DNA of 64,000 nucleotides from Styela clava (lineage: Eukaryota): positions 19,778,001 to 19,842,000 of the forward strand of contig NC_135260.1 of NCBI RefSeq assembly GCF_964204865.1. Direction: 5' to 3'. Made by a program: the position numbers and the translations under genes. The notes beneath the pieces were generated by a model, which was given only the letters and a program-made list of their open reading frames with translations, was not told where the DNA came from and ran no database searches. Numbering within the stretch: the stretch's first letter is position 1; every line of letters begins with the position of its first letter. Of this stretch, positions 38,633 through 51,000 are shown in pieces.

Positions 38633-38790
38633 ACCTAGACAATCTGAAAGTATCAGTGCCGAGGAAGGGCGATTTATGTTTATCCATTTCATTACCATAC
38701 TTATCGCATGAAGTTCTGCAGTGTATGACGTTTGGTTTCGTGGCAATGAGAAGTATATTAGTGGTTTCACTTTGTAACACATAAATAAGA

Positions 38791-38978
38791 CGGTGACCGT
38801 ACATTTGAACCCACGTACATTTGAACCCATGTGTATACAGTGGGTTCAATCTATATGCGGGTGCTAAAACCCATGGGTTAGGGTTAGTATGGGTTCAAAT
38901 ATCCGCAAAACACAAAAAATTTACATGCGTACAATAGTATGCAGGTGCAATGGTCGTGGGTTCAAATGTACGGGAACG
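38791..38978. mobile_element. Small MITE in the LINE
   Basis: ccgtacatttgaacccacg / cgtgggttcaaatgtacgg inverted ends; internal gggttagggttag. Confidence 0.8.
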
Positions 38979-41900
38979 AAAAAGAACAGCCAACTACTTC
39001 ATCTGTTTTGGATCCGTCTGTGAAAACATATTAGGCTATGTCAATACTCACAATTTTGATATTGCTCGTTGCAACCGATTTAAGTATATTTACAAGTTCG
39101 TAATCAACAGCTGGTTTCCTATCGTCCATGGAGCATCGTAATACACTGGATATCTTGATACTTCCAAATTCTTAAAAATATCAGAACTTGTAAACATGTT
39201 AAATGTTTTGAAAATAGGTGAATCGGGAGAGTATACCTGCCAAGATTCCTCAATTACATATTTCAGAGGATGATCATTTATAGAGATGAGGTTTAATTTA
39301 TAATTAGGACACAGCTGAAGATGTCGAATGACAAATATGTAGCCTAAAGGTAATTCCTTTGTAGCTGCAAATAAAATCGAGGTACTTTTCAAAGCGCCGC
39401 AACATATCCTTAGACGCTGGCTTTGTGTTAAATATATCTTTTTTCAGGTAGGAGCTAGGAGCAAAAAAGAAGGGCTTCCATTCTGTATTCATAAATAGGT
39501 TTTATTATTGATCGAAATAAAGCAATCAGTGCTTCCTCGAAAGATCCCCATGTTGTGCCCGTAAGAAGCCTTAAAATATTTATTCTTTTGAGAGATTTCT
39601 CATATATGTAATCAATATGATGCTTATAAGAAGTCGCTTATCAAAAGTCTTTATTTAAGTCGCTTATCAAGTCGCTCATCAAAAGTATTTAAACCCTGAT
39701 TTTACTGGGAGCACTTTATAATCCATTTTTAATCTAAGAATAGGTAATCGTTGCACTTTAGTAAAAACCGTGAAAAAAAATCGTGAAACTCCACTGTTCG
39801 CACCACGTTCTTATCACGTCTAAAAGATGTTTATTTGGATTGAAGCTACTATTTTCCTAATTTGTGAGCCCGATTCCCAGATTGCTCCGTCGTCTGCAAA
39901 TAATTGACATATATACTGATGACGTTATGTTAGTGGGAAAGTCGTTAGTCATTAAAGAACTATTGTACTATTCCGTTTTCTTTTTCAAATATTCTGGATA
40001 GAGTGGATCCGATAAGAACTTGAAAAGGTCTTTTTCGGAGGAATGCTTTTATTCACACGAGCATACGTCCTCGAATACGTGTAATTTCAAGATGAGTCTA
40101 GCACCCTATACCATATCGTATTTGTAAGCGCTTTGAATATCTAAGAAAACGGCTATGACACCAAAAGACAATACTCTTTATCGGTGACAATGTCAACTTC
40201 AACTTTTCCATCGAAAAATTTGTATTAAATTCACTAGAAAAGTTGCTTTTGATAATACTAGATTTGGAGGTAATTCATTTCGAAGTCTAACTCGCGCGTA
40301 ATAAATATATTATTATGGTGGGGAGTGCCGGCCAAGCTTCGAACCACATTCCAAACTTTTGAGAGACTACTCGTCTTGTTCAACGAATTACAATATTCTA
40401 TCCAACTATTTCTCTTGGTTTTTAGAATGATCTGTCTGCCTTTCACTCTGTGCTTTTCAAATTCGATTATATCATTGCAATTGCATGTTCTTCTCATTTT
40501 AAGTATGATGCTTTGTTTAATCTAACAGCTTTATCACACTCCTCTGACCACCAAGGAACCGGCGATTTTTAATATTTTTGGTGTAAGGATTCCATCCCTT
40601 GAGCTGCTTCAGTCAAGAGGTATGATATATCACTACTGAAACTATCCACGTCGTCTGATATATAACAGCGATTCATTGATTCTGGTATGCACTTTAATTG
40701 AAATTTATTTCAATTGGCTTTTTCCAGCGATCAGGATGAAAATTGGATTGGATAAGAGATAGGTAAAAATAAGATAGGTAAAAATTATCCAGTGGTCGCT
40801 CCCGATGAACTGTCAGTGACGACTGCATTTTGAATCAATATCAAGCGTAGCAATAGATAGGTCTAATAAAGACCATATGTTTATAGCTCTCATGGATATA
40901 TTCATTCTTATTGTTTGGGAAGTGTTGAGTAAGTCTAAAATATTTTCTTCTATGGCATCCATGAGCATAATACCTCGAGAATTTGTCATGGAGCTCATCC
41001 ACATCCGACGATGTGGATTAAAATCTCCAAAAAAACATTGATATGCACGGAAAAGTTTCCAGCTGACATGAATATTATAGAATTTATGTGAACACTTCCT
41101 CCTTTCGAACTAGCAACGATAGTATTATGTATAACCTTTGTTAAAAATGCAAAGAATCGAATGAGATCTACAGTTACTTGAGGTCTTTGTTTTGGAATAT
41201 TTTTGGTTCTATCCAGGAGCTCTGACTTTGTTTGGTCAGATTTATATGAAAATGGAAAAAATTTTCATGCCGTTGTTGACCGGATGTACCCAAATACTGA
41301 GCACTTGCACCTAAAGAAATGTCAGCAAAGTTGCAGTTTCTGGAGTTCTGGTATAGCTTGGTGCTTTCTCTGCCAGACTAAAGAATGGTGTAGTGTAGTA
41401 GATTGTAGAAGCCCTAACGTCCTGTATCCTGTTTTTTTAAGAGGAAAAGTTATCATGGGACAAAACAAGTTTTTTTATTTGCTTGATCATATGCTTTGTT
41501 ATAAAAGATATATATGGTTGCGAACGTCGGAGTAATTCAAGTTTTTGTTTGTACGAAGAATCTGAATCTGCGCTTCTTTTTTATATATCTTACACCCTGC
41601 ATATGCAGCACTATGAAGAAGACCGCAACTTGTAAAATGTGGTGTAGCATTGCATGATGCTTGTTCGTGTTCCCACCACAACAGGTACAGCGCGTATTAC
41701 CGCGGCAATATTTACCAATATGCCCATATCTGTTACAATTGGAACACCGTATCGGAGGCGGGTTATATTCATGAGTCTTAAACCTCAGGTATCCTATTTC
41801 AACCGTAGAAGGCACATTATTTGTGCTGAAATTCAAATTTGTGCTGAGCTTGTTTTTTCGTTTAGTCGCTTTGCTTGTACAACGCAAAATTTAACAAGAA

Positions 41901-42196
41901 TGAAACGTGTTTGATAACGCACCGAGCAGAAAAATTCCGACTCGGTTACTGACAGGAATCGAAGTTGAAGCGTTTCCTAAATTATTACATGCAATCAAGA
42001 TGTTAACTTGCTTTGTTGTGACTCATTTTACAAGCAAGTCACCAGAAGGTAGTGCATGGATGTTTTTGCACTCACCTATTATTTCCTATTATATTCCAGA
42101 AAACCAGATCCAACGAGCGGATTATATAATCGCGACTGACGGCCTGTTTGAGTAACTTTAATTAGCACAGATTTGTGAAATCCACCTGTTGTTGAC

Positions 42197-42994
42197 TAAG
42201 GATGCTAAGTATGACTACTTACAAGTATTCGATTCTTATCCGATTTCTGAATTTTCGATTCCGATTCTCGACATAGCTAACCGAGAAACATACCCACCTA
42301 AACAATATCATATGAAATCGAACAAGAGAGCAATGTTCAACTATATGGACGCGAAGACCAAAACTAAGTAGTATGGGTATCTGTCACAGTTGACGAAATC
42401 GCACACAAAAACGTATCCTTTAGACCCCAAAGAAATGTTTGAAATACATAAAATAAACGTAATAGCAAACAAATCATTGGTTTGGGTCACTGATGTGCCA
42501 CGATTCAAATGTTATTCAAATATTTTGATATCTCAGCTGAAGCCTCCACCTCCCTGGTCAGTTCAACAAAGTCGCCGCCCCTTGCTTCAAAGCTGTCCAT
42601 GCCATTATTGATCAGAATTTCAATATATATGCTTCAATCTTTCTATTGAAGAGATATTTTGCTATTCCGATCTGTCTGATTTTATGCATCTTTCTTCAAG
42701 TAAATAGGAGTTATAAACGGAATAGGTAAGAGTAAAAATATAGGAATGGAATGTGACACTTGTCCGTGACCCGCGCAAACGAGCGAGTCAGAGGAGAGTG
42801 TAGAAATATAGTGAAGTTGGCGGGGCCATATCAACTCCACATAGCGGTACATGCATATATGTGAACGACTTGTCACAAAACGTTATACCTTATTTGCAAT
42901 CCAAGTTAACTCTAAGAATCGATTCCAAGACATCGGAATCGATTCTAGTCGAATCCACGAAGAATCGATTCAAGAGTCGATTCCGCCATCCCTA
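42197..42994. mobile_element. hAT (Ac-like termini) element in LINE ORF1
   Basis: taaggatg / catcccta ends; gaatcgattc subterminal repeats; TSD ttgttgac / ttgttgag. Confidence 0.75.
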
Positions 42995-43032
42995 TTGTTG
43001 AGACATCGTTTGTTCAATAGCAGGCTCTAAGT

Positions 43033-44271
43033 CAAGGGTTCTCAATCTTTTTCCTGTTAGGTACCCCCCCCCCCCCCCCCCCCGAGTCATGGAATAATCA
43101 ACACAAACCCCCAGGAATCAGACACCAAACAAAGTTGTAATATATCAACTAACAATTTTTGAACCGTGTTTCAAAGCAGTGGTTTTCAACCCCTAGTCCG
43201 CCGACCGGCACTGGAAGCTTTTTTGTAGGTCTGCAAATTATTTTTTTTTTCATTAGTCTCGGTCGCTTTACCAAACCCAAAATAACGACATTGTGTTATT
43301 CACTAAAAATTTCTCTTTCTCCGACATATTTCTGTTTGCGGTATCAATGGCCCGACGACGACGTGGCGCCGAGCAATCACACTTTTTTGGTTCCGATTCA
43401 TCGCGAATCGCCCGTCAAATCTGGCAAGATTAAAAAAGCCAAAGATCGGCACATGTATTTTTTCTGTTCTGCATGCTTTTCCTGCATAATATGAACTTCC
43501 AATTAAAAGGTTATGAATATTTATTTGTTCGAACCAGAAAACAGTCATGGACAGTATAATATTTCAGGGCTTCGCTATGAAATCCAGTAGAATATGAGCT
43601 TGTTGCGAGCCTGCAGGTTTGTTTGATGCGTTGGTTAACTGCAGAAGGATTAATATGAGATCAATTAACCAACCAAGTATTTTGATATTTTCTAATAAGA
43701 ACGAGGAGAATAAGTTTCTTCTGGAGGAAGTTTGATCTACTTATTTCAATTTTTGGCCGGCGCATTATTTGTTTTTATTCTGGTGAAATGTTTTCAAGTG
43801 CCCGCCATCGCATTACATTTCGCAAATATGTGTTATTATTTTCTATTCCACTCATTTCAATTTTTTGCCGGTCCGCGAGTACATTTTATTTAATTTTACC
43901 GGTCTGCCAGAAAGGTTGGGAACCACTGTTTCAGGTGATATTAAACAAAAGTATTCATTTTATTAATACAGAACATTAGTGTAAAGGCTGTCCCTGTTTA
44001 TTGCAAATAAGTTTCTCAATTTGAAGAGCAAACAACACATTATCGTCAGAGATTTCCCAGTTTGGCTGCGAAGCTGTGGATTTCACATTGTTGAGTCACA
44101 ACGACGCAAGATCGAGGAAAATCCATGAGTTTCAATCGGCACGCATTTTCCTCTGATAGTAAAGGACATTAAAATATAACAACACATAGAAACTCAACTG
44201 TCATTCTAGTACCCCTGGAAATCTTCTCATGAACCCCTGGTTGTTCGTAAACCCTAGGTTGAGAAACCCTG
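43033..44271. mobile_element. hAT non-autonomous element in LINE ORF1
   Basis: caagggttctcaa / ttgagaaaccctg; perfect TSD ctctaagt. Confidence 0.88.
43177..43928. mobile_element. hAT MITE nested in 43033-44271
   Basis: cagtggttttcaacc / ggttgggaaccactg; partial TSD tttca... Confidence 0.8.
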
Positions 44272-45198
44272 CTCTAAGTGGTTCGGTTTGGTGATATCAT
44301 GTTGCCTATTGATTTTAACTTTGCTCACCTTGCTCGAATCATCATTATCATCAGCCAGTCTTCGCTTATATGTTGTCGACTGGCATTTCATGTCGACATT
44401 TGCAGATGACATAGTGAGCCACTCTCCCTCAGCTTCAAAACCAACAACTCAGTACTTATTTTTGATGGTACTGTGTGAAATGCTGATTTGATAACGGATC
44501 CAATTATAAATAATAACTCACAAATGCACTAGTCTTCACCAATGTGTTTCACGAATGTCCCTACTCGCGAATGCGCGATGTAGTCGACTTATTTATTGTA
44601 AATGGTAAGCGTCAAAAATTCTGAAAAAATATATAGAATCAATCTCAGTAAAAAAACATTTTTCCTTGAAAAACAACAACACAATACTCAGTCCGAACTC
44701 CGAATCAAGGCGAACACGAAAAGAAAAGCTCGTCTCTCACTCATTTTTTTATTTGAATCCCTGAAGTGAATATGGACGCCAAAATTACCTAAATATGTAT
44801 GAACTATTTTAAACATTGCGAGAATACCTCTTTTAGAATATGGTGGATTAGGAAAATATTTTGAGGAAAATGTTTGTTCGTTGACTCCGGATTGAAATTC
44901 ATGATGAAGGCGAACCGAAAACTTTGCACAACTTTGTTTGCAAAACGTTTAATTTGATCCCCAGATATTTTGATAACAACAAGAAGTCCACCAGTAAAGA
45001 AAATGAGAGTGTAAAAGCAAACCCAATGGAGAAAATAAACCGAACATTCAACGCCAAAGAGAAGAGGCAAAGGAAAGTATAAATTATTTTATATTGTAAA
45101 AAGACTCCTCATTTATTTAATATAGCTTACACGTATTCTCCAATAATGTCCACCAATAAAAACAAAACAAAAATTATGTTATGATTTATACTGATGCT

Positions 45199-46188
45199 TC
45201 ACGTATCATCTGGAGAAACTTGTTCAGCTTCCTCGTTATCAATTTTGCAAAACACAATACAAGGAAAAAATTTTGTTTTCCAGTCGGCAAAACAAAATAA
45301 AACACAACACATATTGATGAAGGTATTCCCAGACAAAAAATACATTTGGAAACCGATCGCAAATCCTATTGTTGATATATCTGTAATAGCAGCAACAATA
45401 GCCGCTGCGATAGATCGCTTCATTAGTCTTACAAGATGATCAGGAGGTTTTTGATTCTGATGCAAATACTTCAATCTACGCTGGTGCTTAATTAGTGGAA
45501 TCAGAAAAAGAATCAGCAATCCAATCTGTATTTCAAGTTGGATCCCCAATAACAACTTTTGAATGAATAATATAGATCTCAGATTGAAGATTGGAATTAT
45601 TCCTAAGCCGATACCTGATGATATTATGAACAATCCATGAAAATACGAGAATTTTATTACGTATCTGGGCGACAGTTTCTTCAAAGTTTTCTCCGTGCTG
45701 AACATCGTTTGACGAAACCACAATACCATGTAGATAGATGTTGTAGAGCAAATGTATAAAGCGAACGAGCTCTTGTATAAGTTAGAATATGTCTTTGGTC
45801 GGAGGCATTTCTCACCTTTTTCTGTTTCCTTCGTTTCGTTAAAAAATTCCATCCCACTATTGCTTTTGATTTTAGATAATTTGATCAGGCAGTCCGACAT
45901 ACGTAAGTCAAAGATATTCAGTCCGATAGCACACATGATCATTGCTACACCAAACAATCCTGCGAGAATGAGAGTGACATTCATAATCACTGGTAGGTTC
46001 GAAATTTCTAAAGCGTCTCTCAAGTTTCGGATCTTTTTTTTGTATAAGCCTTTCTTTATAAATATGAAAATTTGGTTGATTGTGATATAGACAGTCAGTG
46101 TAGCCAATATCGAGTTGGTGCAAATAAAGGAAATCTGAGTTTTAATGGTATCAGTCATAATGATATTATGGAGCTCTAGTCTTGTCAT
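45199..46188 (-). CDS. Orphan seven-transmembrane (GPCR-like) protein, ~329 aa, intronless CDS
   Basis: Longest ORF in the window. Seven hydrophobic segments, IYMVLWFRQ at the end of TM3, FLIPLIKH after TM5, CFADWKTKFFP after TM7. The ATG at 46188 follows a ttttatag acceptor, so the longer ORF-track N-terminus is probably intronic. Confidence 0.8.
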   Translation of the reverse strand: MTRLELHNIIMTDTIKTQISFICTNSILATLTVYITINQIFIFIKKGLYKKKIRNLRDALEISNLPVIMNVTLILAGLFGVAMIMCAIGLNIFDLRMSDCLIKLSKIKSNSGMEFFNETKETEKGEKCLRPKTYSNLYKSSFALYICSTTSIYMVLWFRQTMFSTEKTLKKLSPRYVIKFSYFHGLFIISSGIGLGIIPIFNLRSILFIQKLLLGIQLEIQIGLLILFLIPLIKHQRRLKYLHQNQKPPDHLVRLMKRSIAAAIVAAITDISTIGFAIGFQMYFLSGNTFINMCCVLFCFADWKTKFFPCIVFCKIDNEEAEQVSPDDT

Positions 46189-47144
46189 ATCTATAAAATA
46201 TAATATAATTTTATAGATTAAAACTATTTTTATAGATGGGCATAGAGAAATATTAGAATATTTGTGAATTTTATCATTAGTGTGAGAGACGACCAAGTTG
46301 AAGGAGAAATCACGCACTGTCTTATTAGTTCCATGTTATCGTTCAACGAGCTTTCGTTACTTGAAACGCAAACGCCGCGAGTGTTTGAGAAACAAACAAC
46401 AGTATAGGCCTTCAACTGAAAAAGTTACCAATAAAATAATTCCGAACGACCACTCCTAAGCCTAAGGAAATGACGCTAGTCGATGGGCTAATAAACTATA
46501 TTCTGTGACCAACGTACGCCTATCGACGTTCCGGCTCGCGAACAGTTTTGATATAGATCATGAAAACCTCTCGGACTTCATAAATGTTAGGATTCAATTC
46601 CGGGAAAACATGTTCACTACAAAGAACAGAACTAAAGGTCAAATTATATGACAGTCACGGTAAGCGTGACGCGTTTGCAGTACGTGGGAATACTCATATT
46701 CAGAAACTTACTGTATGTATGTTTATTTGGCTCAAAAAATGTAACAGTATCTGAATAATAACTACACAGTATTGTAGCAAGTACACAAGGATAGCTACTG
46801 CATGTTTCAATATTTGTACCATGTATTGTTAATAGCGCATGTTATTTGCCTGAAACAAGGTCGTTGCTCCTATTTATTTCCCTTATGATGTTTTTCCCTC
46901 GCTCAGTATTGTTCGTTTTTATCGTTCTCTGTTAGTTAGAAATTCAGTTTCATCACCATAACTGCGTTAAGGGTTCAAGTGTAATTCAATATATCTGTAT
47001 TTGGATTGTGAAACTTTACAATAATATATATATACGAACATTTGGTATTCAATATATTGTGTGCTCATTGACTTCTGGGGAGTTCAGATCGGAGTTACAC
47101 TCGATTAAACGTGTGTCAATCTAATAACACGTGAGTGAATGCAC

Positions 47145-48039
47145 AGATGGGGCCAAACAGTCCGCTATACGCATGCGTGGCCAACCTACCTGCGAACGCG
47201 ATCGACTAAAATTCTCAAAATAGCTCGAGATCGACTGATCAGTAATAAAGTCATACACAAAAACAAATTAGTTTAAATATGCAGATAACTGCACACGCGC
47301 TCAAAAGAAATTTCGCCGATCCCAAGTGCCAATAAGCTCGGTTCTTTGGGCGCAATCCTAATAAAATCGCCATAAAAAGTCGTGTTTTTTACGTCACGGT
47401 TAATTTGATTATGTAATTTTATGCGGATTAAATGTTTCATCATTCATTCAAATCATACAATCCAGTATTAAGACCTGCCTAATTTTCTGTCGCAAGTGTT
47501 GAAAATTCCTCAGAAAACCTTGCAAAGTATCCACGTATTATCTAAACAGCAAAAAATAAACATTCCCAAACCATAAATGTTAGATGACTGCCCAAACTTC
47601 CTAATGTACAATTTCCTCCAATTCCGATTCTGTGCTCGCTTGGAATTAAAAAGTAGTAGGCCTTTTGATGCTACTGCGAGTGAGACAAATACTTTAGAGC
47701 ATACTGCAGAAGTTATTTTACGATCGTTCGTCAGTCAAGGCACACGATATTTGGCAAGTTCATTTCTTAAAATTGGCAGCGGCGAAACTTGCCTTTGTTA
47801 CGTAATAATATGCCCTATTGGCCTTGCCCAGGCATAAATACTATATGTGTATACTGTATCGTATTCTGCCTGTGAGCGGTACTGTATTATTCATGTTTTG
47901 AAAACACATAACATGCGCTGCAAACTTGTTAAAGACAATATTTTGAGATATTTTACCGAATTCTCAGGCGTGGTGACGCGTTCGACTGTATAGTCAAGAC
48001 CCGACCGGTCGATCGTGATCAACGTGTTGGCCACTCTTG
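47145..48039. mobile_element. Degenerate hAT-like non-autonomous element
   Basis: cagatggggccaa / ttggccactcttg ends with gatcgac subterminal motifs. Confidence 0.5.
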
Positions 48040-48576
48040 ACTTTGGTTACTTTTATTTTGGTACATCGCCAGCAACCCTGCCTATACACAAATAAATACA
48101 AATGATATATAACATGAATAAAAAAAAATTAATTAAACATGTAGTGAAAATACCACATGTCAAAATAAAAGGAAATAATGCGGCTTATCTAACTGGACCA
48201 GCCCCTCAAAGAAAATAGGAAATAAATGTCGGATGCTCGTCGAGTGGCTCGCGATCTGGGGATATATATATATGATTGAAGTGTAAACATTTGAATCAAC
48301 GCCAGTCGCGGCCAACTCGCCGAGCAAAAAAGAAACAACAAAAAAATACGCGAAATTTTTATTTGATGAAAACGACTGTATAATTATAATAGGTACCACT
48401 CGCCTTTTACTATCGACCAAATTGAAGTGAGGAAAAGTGTGAAGTGGTCGCATAAAAAGAAAAAAAAGACAATTGATCAAAATTATAAGTTGGTGACATG
48501 ATAAATCTACAAATTAAAATAATAATGGTGGCGAGCGGTATAAAACTAATATATATACAAATACATGGCATATAGG

Positions 48577-49200
48577 CAGTGGCGTAGCATCCACCCCCGC
48601 AACCCCCGCGGTCGCGGGGGGAGGGGGGGGGGGCACAGCGAAAAGGGGCCCCAAGCGGTTAAAATTTAGATATTTAAGAAAACCAAAAGCTGCATTGCAA
48701 AAGGAGTAATGCACATCCTATAATGTTGATGTTGGTTCTGCTCAAATCGTTTCGTTATGTAACAATGCCGGAGTCGTCGATTTTCGGTGTCGTGTGGTTT
48801 GATCGCACCGGCCGCCGGCACGCACAATTACGAAGGCTGTCAGATTGATGTCGAAAGCAAAACTTCTTAGTGGCGCACAAAAACGAAGAATAAAGGGCAG
48901 AAGAGGAAGAACGTATGAAAAAAATTAAAGTAACCAATATAAACGAAATATTTAAACCAAAATTGAAACAATTAGACTTAGGAATACCGAACGTGACTGA
49001 GGAGGAATTAAGCCTAGCACCTGTTCGGTAGAAAACCAGATGCGTGTTCAATCTCCAAAAGTGATGGCGCTGGCGCAAATGAATTTACTTCCAAAACTTA
49101 CGCGACAATTATCACAGGTAAGCTACTGATTTTTGAAGCAAATTAAAAAAATTGATATGACAGGTCGGGATGAATTACAAACAAACAAATTTGAAGCCAC
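48577..49200 (+). mobile_element. 5' end of a hAT (Tip100/ZMYM1-like) transposon remnant
   Basis: cagtggcgtag terminus, GC-rich palindrome, and a broken frame MSKAKLLSGAQKRRIK/EEEERMKKIKVTNINEIFKPK resembling the N-terminus of such transposases. Confidence 0.55.
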
Positions 49201-49394
49201 TGGATCAGTGGAGGTATTTCAGTGAGAAAAAGGCTCAAACTACATCGGGAAATTGCTAGTGGGAATCAACCGGGTGATTATGATCAATCAAATTATAAAA
49301 CAATCACTCATAAAATAACACCTCATACACAAACTAAGAAAGGAGAATAAATTCAATAAAGAGTAGAATGCAGTGTCGGAAAAGAGGGTGAAGT

Positions 49395-50075
49395 CAGATT
49401 AGCCAACACTGCCAGGAAGTTCGCACCAAACCCTCCGGACTTGGTGGGAACCCCGGATGGATTTCCTGACGCAGTTACGGGAGACCGCCGTAGCGACCGT
49501 TTCAATCACACCCAAAGCAAGAAGAGCAGTCTGGTTTCCAACGGCATAACTGCTGAGAGAACCAACCACAAATGCGTAAACTCCACTACTTTGCCAAAGG
49601 CAACAGCAATGGAGCGACATAACTCTTCATACCGAAAGTGCTTCCGACGGGCCGCGTCATCTATAGCGGCTCGCCGTTGTCGAATGGTCACACCACATTG
49701 ACCACTACGATCCGATTCGTCCAGATTTTCTTGAGAATCAAATCGGACCGCAGCATCTCAGCTGTTCTAGCGGTGTGCTCACGACAAACTACGTCGACAT
49801 CGCACCTAGAAAACCTGGCTGGAGGTAGGTGAGCCAAGATCTCTTCCTGCTGCACCGAATCGTGCCGCTCTTTAATGATATTCATGACTGGGTGACAGTG
49901 ATTCAGCATATGAGGAAGAGTCTCGTTTGCATACCCACACTTGCTACAAGTCACCCGTGGTTCCGCATATGCCGTAAACCGTCTACGAACGGATCGCAGC
50001 GGCAGAAGATTTAATCGAGCTTTCAAAAACCACGAACACTGATACTGGGCGAGAGAGACAGACGTGAAGAGCAAC
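49395..50075 (-). mobile_element. 5'-truncated RLE-type non-LTR retrotransposon (NeSL/Utopia/R2-like) remnant
   Basis: KARLNLLP..CSKCGYANETLPHMLNHC (CCHC), RHD, LRSDLIL, K..RY, FVVGSL; frameshifted. Confidence 0.88.
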
Positions 50076-50315
50076 TTAATTTATGTGACTAAATACAAAA
50101 ACAGCAGTTATCATTCCATTTGGACTACAATACAACCCTAACCTGTATCCCTACGTTATATTACAACCCTAGTATAAACCTCTTACTTTTAAACCCAATT
50201 AATAACTTCGATCCGAATCGTTTATCCTAACCGCAGATAGTAAACCCAATATTAAACACGATAAACAACTCCTAGCGCAATAGATTACACTGAATACAAG
50301 ACAGAAGGTGCCAAC

Positions 50316-51000
50316 CAGGGCTGCCACTTTTGCCTGACTAAAAACATCTAGATTGACCTCGAAAAACATCTAGTAACATCCCGATTGAAAAATAAAACAT
50401 CTAGAAAATACATCTAGATATCAAATCCTTGAGTTTAATGCAAAGTAACCATAATACAGTAATATTAGATGTCGAAGAAGCTAACATCCTAACCTAGAAC
50501 TCAATTCCCACCTGCAGAACTTACAAAATACCTTATTCTTATCATCTGAAGGGGCAAACCATTCCTTAATTAAGCCAATCTTTTTTAAATTTTTGCTGGT
50601 AGTGTATACACTTTGGCATTTTGAAAGGTTGATGTTTAAAGAGAGACACATTCAATAGCCCTAGTTAGCAATAGTTTCTATTTAACGTTAATTAAAACGT
50701 CACATGTTTTGAACATGTTAAATTCGTTATTCAAATATTTTGAGTACATATGGCTGTATGGTACCAGTGGACGAATACAATATGAGTGAGTTTTATCAAT
50801 CTTAGTCAATACTTATAAATAATGAAACAATATTCATTCACCTATTACAGTATTATTTACATCTCTTTATTTATTTCCCACTGAAGAATATTTATAACCT
50901 TGAAAAAAATATCTAGAAATTATAGCTAACATATAGGCTCCAAATTTCACATCTAGATTTCGAAAAAAAAAAAAAGTTGATCTAGATGTAAAACATCTAG
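50316..51000 (+). mobile_element. hAT-like element remnant with acatctag subterminal repeats
   Basis: cagggctgcca left end and clustered acatctag(a) motifs at both ends; right TIR not found. Confidence 0.5.

Larger units (their letters stand above)
35060..44590 (-). mobile_element. Near full-length degenerate non-LTR retrotransposon, I group (Nimb/I-like): gag ORF1, APE, RT, RNase H
   Basis: ORF1 from about 44412 with LPSGDLLVK and CSNCNRYGHIGKYC knuckles (41537-41887). APE GDFN..H..W, LDLS, GSDH (about 40790-41030). PVPWW. RT AVFLDIQSAY and LFADDGAIW (about 39875-40155). RNase H AELHAI..ILSDC and GILGNESADQLAK (35790-38700). Many stops and frameshifts; ends approximate. Confidence 0.9.

Noticed and set aside
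44288-44491. Signal-peptide-like ORF MVISCCLLILTLLTLLESS
   Set aside because: Non-ATG start; it is the antisense of the LINE ORF1 N-terminus
46189-46317. N-terminal 43 aa of the 372-aa ORF
   Set aside because: Non-ATG start and AT-rich sequence ending in a ttttatag acceptor just before the ATG at 46188; probably intron
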